From assembly GCA_048887225.1 (NCBI GenBank), contig JBHLJY010000004.1, positions 1 through 64,000 of the forward strand: a DNA stretch of 64,000 nt, written 5' to 3'. A program made the position numbers and the translations under genes. This document shows positions 39,864 to 49,133 of this stretch, piece after piece; the first letter of the stretch is position 1, and every line of letters starts with the position of its first letter. Under the pieces are notes generated by a model. The model was not told where the DNA came from. It made no database searches and saw nothing but the letters and a program-made list of their open reading frames with translations. Source of the DNA: Candidatus Hodarchaeota archaeon (GTDB taxonomy: Archaea > Asgardarchaeota > Lokiarchaeia > Sigyniarchaeales > SOKP01).

Positions 39864-40057
39864 TGCTAAACTTAGTTTAAAAAAAGTAATGAATTGTTAT
39901 AAATTATAAATTCTTTCTTAAAATTTAAAAAATTTTCACGATATAAGTAAAAGATAAACATCAAAATTTGGACTCGTGTAATTTTATTTATAAAAATTTT
40001 AATTAAAAATATAATATAATATAATGTTAAAAATAACCCTATAGAGTTAATAAAATC

Positions 40058-40966
40058 ATGCCAAAATTTTGCGTTTACTGTGGTAAAGAAATTAAAGGGA
40101 CAGATAAATTTTGCATCCATTGTGGAAAACCATTGCTTACTGATCTTCCTAAAACCGATGAAAAATCAGATTTAACGGTTTCTGAAGATTTAAAAAAAAT
40201 CACATCTGAGAAAAAGCAAAAAAAGAAAGCAAAAAAAGAAAAAGTTGAAGAAAAGGTAGAAGAAGAGGAAATTGAAGAAGTAATTGAAGAGGAAATTGAA
40301 GAAGTAATTGAAGAGGAAATTGAAGAAAAGAAAAAAGAAAAAAAAGAAAAAGAAGTAAAATCCCTTCCAGATGACGTAAAAGAACATATAGAAATCCATC
40401 TTCAACTTAATGCTATACGGGAAAAAAAGAAAACATTAGCAGAAAAGTTGATGGAGTTACAAAAAATGGTTAAAAGTCCACAGTACGATACTGATTTTGA
40501 ATTTGGAGAAAAGATTAATGTTCAATTAAAAGCAGTTAAATCACTCATTGAAGAAGTGAAACAAAAGGAGAACGAATTACAACAAAGGGTTAAAAGTAAA
40601 TTTATTGTAGAGAAATTAAACATGGATATTGCGATTAAAAGAGACCAACTTAAAAACCTAATGAGAGAGCACAAACTAAAAAAAATTAGAGATAAAGATG
40701 TCGTTAAAAAATTAAAAGAGAAATACACACAAGAATTAGAAGAACTAATTAATCAAAAAGAAGAATTAGTTGCAGGAATATTTAAATGGATTGAAGAGAT
40801 TATTGATGAAAAAAACGAGTTAACAATTGAAAGCAAATTTAATAAGGCACGATTTTCTTCTAAAGAAATTTCGGAAGATGTATTTAAAGAAAAAGACAAT
40901 GAATTTGAAAAGCAAATAAATAAATTGAGTGGCAAAATCAATACTTTAAAAAAATTAATAAAATAA
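40058..40966 (+). CDS. Double zinc-ribbon plus long coiled-coil protein
   Basis: FCVYCG......FCIHCG, acidic linker, heptad-rich C-terminus. Confidence 0.75.
   Translation: MPKFCVYCGKEIKGTDKFCIHCGKPLLTDLPKTDEKSDLTVSEDLKKITSEKKQKKKAKKEKVEEKVEEEEIEEVIEEEIEEVIEEEIEEKKKEKKEKEVKSLPDDVKEHIEIHLQLNAIREKKKTLAEKLMELQKMVKSPQYDTDFEFGEKINVQLKAVKSLIEEVKQKENELQQRVKSKFIVEKLNMDIAIKRDQLKNLMREHKLKKIRDKDVVKKLKEKYTQELEELINQKEELVAGIFKWIEEIIDEKNELTIESKFNKARFSSKEISEDVFKEKDNEFEKQINKLSGKINTLKKLIK
40262..40327 (+). repeat. In-frame 24-bp tandem repeat x2.75 (EEEIEEVI)
   Basis: gaagaggaaattgaagaagtaatt twice plus an 18-bp partial copy. Confidence 0.9.
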
Positions 40967-41016
40967 GTTAAGAGAAAATTTTAATTGTTTTTTATTATTT
41001 TTAAATTTGATAAAAA

Positions 41017-41154
41017 ATGAGAAAGAAATTAATAGCTTTTATAATACTACTCATAGCCTTGTCTTTTTTAGTTATAGGGATACTTGAAGCTCAGATAGCA
41101 CTTATAGATCCATTTTACGAGGAGATGTCAAGTTTTCAAGCGTTTGGATCTTAA
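41017..41154 (+). CDS. Small 45-aa single-TM protein (not in ORF track)
   Basis: MRKKLIAFIILLIALSFLVIGILEAQIALIDPFYEEMSSFQAFGS fills the intergenic gap. Confidence 0.55.
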   Translation: MRKKLIAFIILLIALSFLVIGILEAQIALIDPFYEEMSSFQAFGS

Positions 41155-41183
41155 ATTTTATACTTATTTTTAAAATTTCAATT

Positions 41184-41483
41184 TTAATCCCATCGTCCTT
41201 TTTTTATAGTGGCGGAATCTTCTAAAAAACCTTTTTTTTGGATTAGCTTTTCGTCGGATTTTCTTACTTTATTAGCCATTTTGTAGTGTTTTTTACAGAA
41301 AAAAACTTTGTGAAGTCTATTCTCATCTAACTTTAATCCTGCTTTTTCACAAACTTTTGACCATTTTTTTTCTGAGAGAGAACGTATAGCTATCTCACCA
41401 CATTCTTTTACAGAACACTCTCTTGCTTTACTAGCCGGTCCACTAAGATCTCTTTTCTCTCTAAGTTCTTTCGGAAGTTTCAT
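41184..41483 (-). CDS. Small basic putative Zn-binding protein
   Basis: CSVKEC ... FCKKHY. Confidence 0.7.
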   Translation of the reverse strand: MKLPKELREKRDLSGPASKARECSVKECGEIAIRSLSEKKWSKVCEKAGLKLDENRLHKVFFCKKHYKMANKVRKSDEKLIQKKGFLEDSATIKKGRWD

Positions 41484-41566
41484 AGCAATTCAATCGGTAA
41501 ACATTTTATTAGAATAAATATTAAGTTTTGTAAATAACTAATATCTTAAAATTTTTGCTAAAACTA

Positions 41567-42292
41567 ATGGAAAATTTAGATTTAATTTTCAATGAAAAAT
41601 TAATTAAGAAAAAATTATTGGCATTTGATTCTCGAGAGAGAATTTCCCTCAAAGATGATTTTTTTACATCATCAGCAGTCTTGTTTTCAATAATGCCATA
41701 TGAAGAAAAACCATATGATTTGGTTATAATCCATCGCACTGATAGAGGGTCACCACACAGAGGAGAAATGTCATTTCCAGGAGGAAAATTTGATCCAGAT
41801 ATTGATATCTCCTTAAAGGAGACTGCATTAAGAGAAACAAAAGAAGAAATTGGTGTATCAAAAGATAATATTAAAATTTTGGGTTGTCTTGACGATTTTC
41901 CCACCATGACCAAATATATTATAACTCCGTTTATTGGCATTATTGATCCCAATCAAAAGCTAATAAAAAATGAACGTGAAGTACAAGAAATCCTTAAAAT
42001 ACCAATTGATTTTTTCGTAAGTAAAAAAAATTTTAGGGAGCAGGCAATTGATATTGAAGGGAAAAAATTTCCTATTTTCTACTTTAATTATAAAAACAAA
42101 CAAAATGGCAAAACTTATACAATCTGGGGTGCAACAGCATACATGATCTCAACCTTTATTGAACTCATATATGATGTGAACATGTCGGAACTTGGATTAC
42201 AACGATTTAAACTGAAAAAAATCAAGCATCTGAAGGATTATATTAAATATAGAAATAAAATCCACAGAAAATTTGAAAGAAACAAAATTTAA
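41567..42292 (+). CDS. Nudix CoA pyrophosphatase (NudL-like), paralogue 1
   Basis: H.GEMSFPGG, TALRETKEEIG, IWGATA. Confidence 0.9.
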   Translation: MENLDLIFNEKLIKKKLLAFDSRERISLKDDFFTSSAVLFSIMPYEEKPYDLVIIHRTDRGSPHRGEMSFPGGKFDPDIDISLKETALRETKEEIGVSKDNIKILGCLDDFPTMTKYIITPFIGIIDPNQKLIKNEREVQEILKIPIDFFVSKKNFREQAIDIEGKKFPIFYFNYKNKQNGKTYTIWGATAYMISTFIELIYDVNMSELGLQRFKLKKIKHLKDYIKYRNKIHRKFERNKI

Positions 42293-42301
42293 TTTAAGAA
42301 A

Positions 42302-42967
42302 ATGTCCGATTCAAAATTCATTTTTAATCCTGATTTTATTCAAAAAAGATTGAAAACATATGATTCTCCTTCTAGGCTCTGTTTGGATGATGATTCATTT
42401 ATTAAATCTGCAATTGTTTTTTTAATTATTTCATATAAAGATAAACCTTACGATTTAGTTTTAATCCAACGCACTCACCGAGATAGAGATAAGCATGCTG
42501 GAGAGATGTCTTTTCCAGGAGGATTATTTGATTCACAATTGGATAAATCATATAAAGATACTGCTCTCAGAGAGACAGAAGAAGAACTTGGAATCGCTAG
42601 GGAAAAAATTAAATTGATAGGCTGTTTAGATGATCACATTACTCCTAAAAAATTTATTATCACACCTTTTGTAGGTTATATTGATGAGCATCAAGAAATG
42701 ATTAAAAACGAAGATGAAGTACAGCAGATTATAAAGATTCCTATAAGTTTTTTCACCAATAAAAAGAATTATAGAGAAAGAACATATAAACTTAAAGACG
42801 ATACGGTTGCAGTAGGAAAATATAATTATCAAGCACCCAATGATAAGAAAATTGTTATTTTTGGAGCTACAACCCATATAATTGTGACTTTTATCGAATT
42901 GGTTTATAATTTTAAACTAATGAATCCGGGAGCAAGACGGTTAACATGCGATGATTTTAAAGCTTGA
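42302..42967 (+). CDS. Nudix CoA pyrophosphatase (NudL-like), paralogue 2
   Basis: HAGEMSFPGG, TALRETEEELG, IFGAT. Confidence 0.9.
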   Translation: MSDSKFIFNPDFIQKRLKTYDSPSRLCLDDDSFIKSAIVFLIISYKDKPYDLVLIQRTHRDRDKHAGEMSFPGGLFDSQLDKSYKDTALRETEEELGIAREKIKLIGCLDDHITPKKFIITPFVGYIDEHQEMIKNEDEVQQIIKIPISFFTNKKNYRERTYKLKDDTVAVGKYNYQAPNDKKIVIFGATTHIIVTFIELVYNFKLMNPGARRLTCDDFKA

Positions 42968-43067
42968 AAATGAAAATTATTTATCTTAAAAAGATAATTT
43001 TTTTTCTTTATAAATAACAAAATTAATATTCTTATTAGATTTAAATTGTAATTTTTTCAAAATCAGT

Positions 43068-44447
43068 TTGAAAATGGCTGACGATAAATTTTTAAATAAT
43101 AGACGTGATAAAGCAGGATTTTTTAGATGCCCATCGAGCGACCACATATGTTTAGGGGAAGGAATTCACTTGTATAATGAGAGCGAAAATCGTTATTTAA
43201 TATCTCCTGTAAAGATCCATGTACAGAAAGATTCTCCAAGAGAAAAATTAATAAATAATATAAGAAATGTTTTTGAAAGGGAATTCCCAGATAGTCAACT
43301 TTCTGATTTTGATATATCAAGGATCATTTATAATGACCCTAAATTCATTAAAGATAATTTTCTTCACTCAAGAAAAATAAAGAGAAATTCAAAACCAGAT
43401 TTACTTGTACTTATGAAAATTATTTATTATATTCAAAGTTTAAGTATCAATGACATTGCAAAATTTAAAAAAATGAAAGATAATACCACTAAAATATTAG
43501 ATAACATTAAAATAGATATCAGAAAAATAATTCTTGATTTTATCTTTGATAATCCTTATAGTACGAAGTATATTAAACAAGATAATCGAACTAAACACCA
43601 AAGAGAAAATAATTATTGGAGACCTGAATTTGAACTCTTTTTAGATTTATGGTATGCTGCTTCGTTAAATAACAAAGAACCAATAACGATTAAAATCTTC
43701 CAACAAACGATTGGTAATCCTGCTTTTTCAACACCTACTAAAATTGGGAAATGTAATCCGAAATATTTTTACAATTTGCTTAAAAAAATGCCCTCCTTAT
43801 TTCCTCAAATATCACTAAAGGATTTTAAGCAGGTTCATCGAAGTGTTAAAAATTATATAAGAATTCGAAATTTAAGGGAAACTTATAGAAATTATTCAAT
43901 CTATTGGGAGGATGAACTAACAAAGAAAGGCCAAATTACTATTCTTCTTTTAAGAGATTTAGGTGTGGAAGTATTAACTCTTAAAAAGATTCCATCAATA
44001 AGTTTTAATAAAAATTTAGATTTACATGATCCAATAAAATATCAACGACATCATATATTTCCTAACGATAAAGATTCAATTAATCCGAACAGATTAGTGC
44101 TTGCAGTTTTAACTTCCCACACTAGTTTAGAAGGATTAACAAATTTAATAATTTCTCTTATAAAGGATAGAATAAAATCATGCGATAATATTCCACAATA
44201 TTATAAAAACAATATTAAAAATGCTCAACAATTATGGAATGAATTTCTAAAAAGACGAGATATTATAAAAAATATGGGTATAGAATACTTTTTCAGGACC
44301 TATTATCCTGATGTAGTGAATAGGTTTTATAAAAATGTTCCAAGAGGTCATCTTAAACTAGCAATTAAACAAGTGATTAAAAATTGGCTTAAAGATGGAA
44401 ATCCAGAACCCGTACTTCCAAAATATTTATGGCTTCAACTTATTTGA
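43068..44447 (+). CDS. Basic hypothetical protein with HNH-like motif
   Basis: YQRHHIFPNDKDSINPNRLVLAVLTSH resembles an HNH ββα-Me motif. Confidence 0.55.
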   Translation: MKMADDKFLNNRRDKAGFFRCPSSDHICLGEGIHLYNESENRYLISPVKIHVQKDSPREKLINNIRNVFEREFPDSQLSDFDISRIIYNDPKFIKDNFLHSRKIKRNSKPDLLVLMKIIYYIQSLSINDIAKFKKMKDNTTKILDNIKIDIRKIILDFIFDNPYSTKYIKQDNRTKHQRENNYWRPEFELFLDLWYAASLNNKEPITIKIFQQTIGNPAFSTPTKIGKCNPKYFYNLLKKMPSLFPQISLKDFKQVHRSVKNYIRIRNLRETYRNYSIYWEDELTKKGQITILLLRDLGVEVLTLKKIPSISFNKNLDLHDPIKYQRHHIFPNDKDSINPNRLVLAVLTSHTSLEGLTNLIISLIKDRIKSCDNIPQYYKNNIKNAQQLWNEFLKRRDIIKNMGIEYFFRTYYPDVVNRFYKNVPRGHLKLAIKQVIKNWLKDGNPEPVLPKYLWLQLI

Positions 44448-44553
44448 AGAAATATAAAAAATGAGGATAAAAAAGAGAGGATTTCTAAATAGGTTTCAAA
44501 TATTGAAAAAACCAAAAATTTCTTTTAAATTTATTAATTTTATTAATTTAAAT

Positions 44554-44706
44554 GGCCCTCGACGGTCGGATTTTGGAATCGTCTCGTTTTCAAACGATAA
44601 GTGGTCTTCGACGCTGGGCTTCAAACCCAGTTATCCTGCGGAGGGATAGGAGTTCGATAATTGCAAGGATTTTCCTTACTTTTGGAAGTCTCCTCGAGGG
44701 CCGCCA
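44554..44706 (+). tRNA. selC: tRNA-Sec(UCA), 9/4 fold, encoded CCA, two introns (about 44577-44604 in D loop; 44659-44688 in T loop)
   Basis: 9-bp acceptor GGCCCTCGA/TCGAGGGCC, G73, anticodon arm GCTGGG-CTTCAAA-CCCAGT, long variable arm, 4-bp T stem GGAG/CTCC. Confidence 0.93.
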
Positions 44707-44728
44707 TTTTAAGATTTTAATGTGATGT

Positions 44729-46081
44729 ATGTTGGTTGATTTCAACAAAATAAGCGAATTTTTTAAAAACTCACCTATACCTCAAAACATGTTAAATAGA
44801 GGGCAGATAGTCTTAGATAATTTTTTAAAACCCATAAAGATTTTATTTGAACAGAAAAATGTACCCAAAGAACCTTGGAGTGACGAACAAATCGAGGTAT
44901 TACTTCAAGCTCTTTCAAATATGGATACTGACAAGGATACTAATGCCGCTAAAGTAGGCGAAAGGGAGGCAAGAATTGCTTCCAAACTCCATTTAAAAAC
45001 TTCAGCCGGATTCTGTCATGGAGTTGGTAGAAGCGGTTTTTTAACAGCTCCGCAACCAAAGGCTCCAGGTGGATCAATAATGTACGAAATCTCTAATTTT
45101 TTAGCGAGAAATTTTCTTAAAAATTTTGGCCTACCCAATATTAAGGATGCGATTGTTGTTCCTTTAGCAACAGGAATGTCGTTATCTTTATGTTTAGGTG
45201 CTTTAAGACTTGATATAGAGAGTAATAAAAACACAATATTAGTGCCACGAATAGATCACAAATCTATATTAAAAGCATTTGATTTAGGAGGTTTTAAACC
45301 TAAAATTATTAATGGTAAAATATTTGGTGATGCTGTAAGAGTGCCTATTGATGATATTAAAGCAAAATTAGATAATAATTGCTTTGCGATTATATCTTTT
45401 ACGAGTTTTTTTCCACCCAGAGAGTATGATGATATAAAAGAAATTAGTAAATTTGCTCAAGAAAATAACCTTGTTCATCTTGTAGTTAATGCATATGGTG
45501 TTCAAAGTCCCGAATGGATGAAATTAATTAGTTCTGCTATTGATGCAGGAAGAATAGATGTCATTATTCAATCTACAGATAAGAATTTTCTTACACCAGT
45601 AGGCGGAGCTGTAATTGCCTCCCCTCGAAAAGAAATAATATCTACAATCAGTCAAGCGTATGCTGGTCGAGCTTCAGCAACACCAGTTGTAAACTTTCTT
45701 ATTTCTATGCTTTCTTTAGGTATTAGTGGGTATCAGAATCTATTGGAAGAACAAAAAAAAAATCGTGTATTACTTGAAGAAAAGTTAAAAGAAACTGCGG
45801 ATAAAATAAATGAAAGACTTTTAGATATATTTAATCCTGTAGCCGTCGCACTATCTCTTGAAAATTTAAAAAAAGAACAAATAACTGCTTTAGGGGGTGC
45901 TTTATATAATTTAAGAGTCACTGGACCTAGAGTCTATAATCCTAAAGATGATAATTTTGGAACATGTTGTGATAATTATCCTATCCCCTATATTGTAATG
46001 AATGCAGCTATAGGAGCTAAACCTACGGATATTAATTCTGCAATTGAAAGATTTGAAAAAGCTTATGACCAAATTACCTAA
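44729..46081 (+). CDS. spcS: O-phosphoseryl-tRNA(Sec) selenium transferase (SepSecS)
   Basis: GEREAR, HGVGRSG...PQPKA.G, ATGM, NAYG, QSTDKNF, YAGRAS. Confidence 0.95.
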   Translation: MLVDFNKISEFFKNSPIPQNMLNRGQIVLDNFLKPIKILFEQKNVPKEPWSDEQIEVLLQALSNMDTDKDTNAAKVGEREARIASKLHLKTSAGFCHGVGRSGFLTAPQPKAPGGSIMYEISNFLARNFLKNFGLPNIKDAIVVPLATGMSLSLCLGALRLDIESNKNTILVPRIDHKSILKAFDLGGFKPKIINGKIFGDAVRVPIDDIKAKLDNNCFAIISFTSFFPPREYDDIKEISKFAQENNLVHLVVNAYGVQSPEWMKLISSAIDAGRIDVIIQSTDKNFLTPVGGAVIASPRKEIISTISQAYAGRASATPVVNFLISMLSLGISGYQNLLEEQKKNRVLLEEKLKETADKINERLLDIFNPVAVALSLENLKKEQITALGGALYNLRVTGPRVYNPKDDNFGTCCDNYPIPYIVMNAAIGAKPTDINSAIERFEKAYDQIT

Positions 46082-46196
46082 TCATATTAAAAAAAAAAAT
46101 TCTTCTAAGGTTATCGAAATAGATATATATAAATTTGAAATTAAAAATTATAAGAATATATCAAATTCCAAAAAGTGACATAGAGTATAATAGATT

Positions 46197-46880
46197 ATGG
46201 TCGAAAACCGTCTGCTTGATCAATTTAACTCTGTAATCACTTCCGAGTGGTTATCCACTAATATTACGGAAGATTATGCCCCTTTAAATCATAAAGAATT
46301 GTTTGAATTGGCCTATCATACATCTAATAATGTAGGTAATAGAAATATTTTTATAACATTATCCCAAGATGAACATAAAGCTGGTTCAAAAGCAATTCTT
46401 TATTCAAACACCAAAAAATTTATCTCAATTGAAGCTCTTGACGATAAATTGTCAATTACAAAGTACTACAGCGAAGGTAGTAGTGGTGATAAATTAATTA
46501 ATGAAACAGCCCCCAAACTCAGAAAGAGGAAGGAAATATTTGTTAAAAAGGAAAAAAATGTGAGAGAACAAATTCTTAAATCTATCTTAGTTGAAAGAAA
46601 GCTAGACGAGTGTGCCAATCTGGTAATGGTTAAAGATATTAATCGAAAGATTTATTTCGCCATTGGTGATGCGAGAGAATCTGCTGCGGTTGTGCCATTA
46701 TTTATGGAGGCTGAAGGAGCAAGTTTGGTGCAATTAGCGCTTAACAAATGGATGAGTACAACCCAACAATTAGATGAAGAGGGAGCATTCCCAGAAACTC
46801 ATGTCTCTGGATTACTTAAAAACTTAATGCAGATTAAGAAATGGTTGCTAAATTTAATTTCTCTTAATTTAGATAAATAA
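46197..46880 (+). CDS. Hypothetical protein
   Basis: 227-aa ORF with typical codon usage; no motif recognised. Confidence 0.75.
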   Translation: MVENRLLDQFNSVITSEWLSTNITEDYAPLNHKELFELAYHTSNNVGNRNIFITLSQDEHKAGSKAILYSNTKKFISIEALDDKLSITKYYSEGSSGDKLINETAPKLRKRKEIFVKKEKNVREQILKSILVERKLDECANLVMVKDINRKIYFAIGDARESAAVVPLFMEAEGASLVQLALNKWMSTTQQLDEEGAFPETHVSGLLKNLMQIKKWLLNLISLNLDK

Positions 46881-46935
46881 CCTAATTTTAACATCTGATA
46901 ATTTTTTCAAAAAGAATTATAATTTGAGAATCAAA

Positions 46936-47119
46936 TGCTCCCGGGGGGATTTGAACCCCCGATTTCTTGGTTTTTTACAAATCGTAAAAATCTCTCAGGT
47001 TTTTACTAAACACAGACAGAAATTTTAAAATTGTATGTCTATGTGTCAATTATAAGACCTGCGCTTGTTGATCAAGCTCATAAAACCTGTGCTTGTTAAC
47101 CAGGCTAAGCAACGGGAGC
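46936..47119 (-). tRNA. tRNA-Ile(UAU) with three BHB introns (47096-47067 at 21/22; 47049-47001 at 38/39; 46993-46964 at 45/46)
   Basis: Acceptor GCTCCCG/CGGGAGC, D stem GCTT/AAGC, spliced anticodon arm CAGGT-CTTATAA-ACCTG, T arm GGGGG-TTCAAAT-CCCCC; 75-nt mature cloverleaf. Confidence 0.85.
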
Positions 47120-47261
47120 TTTTTAAAATCAACAACTATAGAATTATACAAAGTGAAAAAGAACTAAAAACATAAAAATTTAACTATAATCCCTAATGTT
47201 ATAATTATATTCAAAAAAATATTAAAAAAAGTGTTATCAGAGCTTAAAAAGGTGATAATTA

Positions 47262-47675
47262 TTGGCTGAAATGATGCAAGACCTTTTAAATTCGATTTAT
47301 AACCGTATCGCACAATTGGGGCAAGCTATTCAAAGTTTAAAGACTACTTTAGACGAGTTAAACCAAAATATTGAGCAAAAAATATCTAATTTAAACGAAA
47401 GAATGTTAGAATTCTCAAAAGAAATTAATACAACTCAAACAATACATATTGACGCTTTAAAAGAGATAGGATTTGAGGTTAAAAGTGAAATAGAAAGAAT
47501 TCGACAAGGGTTGGCACTCGATTCATTCCAGAACATGATTTCATCTCTCGAAAATTTCGAAAAATTAGCTTCTGAAGTGCTTAATCAAGACACAGTGAAT
47601 TTATTATTATCCGAAGCGATCGAATCTGTGAAGAAACTGAAAGAGAATCTACGAGAGGAAGAGGTGAGCGGTTAA
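47262..47675 (+). CDS. Coiled-coil hypothetical protein
   Basis: GGTGA SD plus TTG start; heptad pattern. Confidence 0.75.
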   Translation: MAEMMQDLLNSIYNRIAQLGQAIQSLKTTLDELNQNIEQKISNLNERMLEFSKEINTTQTIHIDALKEIGFEVKSEIERIRQGLALDSFQNMISSLENFEKLASEVLNQDTVNLLLSEAIESVKKLKENLREEEVSG

Positions 47676-47677
47676 GA

Positions 47678-48100
47678 ATGGCTGAACAGCTATTAGATCA
47701 AATGATACAAAAAATTAACGCAATTACGCAATCTTTAGAAGGAACAATTTCTCAAATTCAGAATATGAGCGATACAATCAATAATATAAATCAAAAATTT
47801 AGTGAGGAGACTGTAAGCTTAACAGAAAATATCAGATTAATTGTAGAAGTATTAAAACAATTTCGCGTACAGTCATCTAAAAGTTTAAAAGAATTGTCAG
47901 ATGAATTAAACGACAAAATACAAGATTTATGGGATAAAAATTCTTTAGAATCTATTCTAAAAGAAGAGAAGGACTCACTTGACATAATAAGACAAGGAGA
48001 AATAGCGGTTTCCAATAATTTGTATTACGCTCAATTGCTCTCTATAATTCGCTCTATTAGAGAAGAAACAAATAGGGTATTAAGTGGAAGAAAAACTTAA
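47678..48100 (+). CDS. Coiled-coil hypothetical protein (probable paralogue of upstream gene)
   Basis: GAGGTGA SD; similar length and MAE..L..... start. Confidence 0.75.
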   Translation: MAEQLLDQMIQKINAITQSLEGTISQIQNMSDTINNINQKFSEETVSLTENIRLIVEVLKQFRVQSSKSLKELSDELNDKIQDLWDKNSLESILKEEKDSLDIIRQGEIAVSNNLYYAQLLSIIRSIREETNRVLSGRKT

Positions 48101-48282
48101 TTCTATCTTTTTAAATCTTAAAATTATTAAGTTATAGCTAACTTTAAGGTGGTCCTTTATTTTATGCTAAAAAATAAAGATGAAAATTAACGCAAACTAA
48201 TAAAGAAGAATATTCCTAAAATCTAAAGCGTTGCTGGATTTTTATCAGGTTTTTAAAAGAATTCAGAAAAATAATAATAGTT

Positions 48283-49116
48283 ATGACAGATTCTAAAAAA
48301 AACATAATCGCACTTTTAACTGATTTTGGTCCTCTCGGAGGTCATTACGTAGCCAGTATGAAGGGTGTTATTTTAAAAATTAATCCTAATGTTAAGATCA
48401 TTGATATCTCTCATAACATATCATCCTTTTCGATAATTGAAGCCTCATATGTAATTAAAACTACATATAAATATTTTCCAGAAAATACTGTTTTTATAAT
48501 AGTTGTAGACCCAGGAGTAGGAAGTTCGAGAAAAATATTAGCCATTAAAACAAAAGCAAATTATTTTTTTGTTGGTCCTGATAATGGGATTTTTTTAAAT
48601 GCAATTTCTACGGACGAAATCTCAGAATGTGTTATAGTAAATAATGATAATTATTTTATAAAGCCAGTCTCAAAAACCTTTCATGGGAGAGATATAATGG
48701 CTCCTGTTGGAGCTCACATCTTAAATGGAATCCACTTAAACGATTTTGGCCCTCCTTTTGAACCAATAAATTTTGCTAAATATCCAATCGAATATGAAGT
48801 CCTCCCGGAAAAGAAAGTCATCAAGTGCACTATTATGTATGTGGATAATTTTGGAAATGGAATTACTAATATAGCAATAGAGAAAAATTTTATTAAAGGA
48901 ACATCTTTATTGTTAAAAGAAAATATGGTTATTGCTTTAGAATTCAAATCCCGAAAATATGAAGGCAAATTCATATCTCATTTTGCGTCCGCATCCCTAA
49001 ATTCTCTTGTCTTCTTGAAAGGATCAACTAATTATCTGGAAATTTCAATAAATCAAGGAAATGCAAGTAAAGACATAGGTTTTAAATCGGGCGATATTAT
49101 TACAATTAATTTATAA
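48283..49116 (+). CDS. SAM hydroxide adenosyltransferase (DUF62, chlorinase/fluorinase family)
   Basis: LLTDFG, VVDPGVG, GPDNG, TFHGRD, VDNFGN. Confidence 0.92.
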   Translation: MTDSKKNIIALLTDFGPLGGHYVASMKGVILKINPNVKIIDISHNISSFSIIEASYVIKTTYKYFPENTVFIIVVDPGVGSSRKILAIKTKANYFFVGPDNGIFLNAISTDEISECVIVNNDNYFIKPVSKTFHGRDIMAPVGAHILNGIHLNDFGPPFEPINFAKYPIEYEVLPEKKVIKCTIMYVDNFGNGITNIAIEKNFIKGTSLLLKENMVIALEFKSRKYEGKFISHFASASLNSLVFLKGSTNYLEISINQGNASKDIGFKSGDIITINL

Positions 49117-49133
49117 GCGAATATGAAAAATTT

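Noticed and set aside
42975-43000. TTATCTT-AAA-AAGATAA inverted repeat upstream of the HNH-like gene as a mobile-element end
   Set aside because: Short and AT-only, with no matching copy found downstream of the gene
44461-44649. 62-aa ORF
   Set aside because: Overlaps tRNA-Sec
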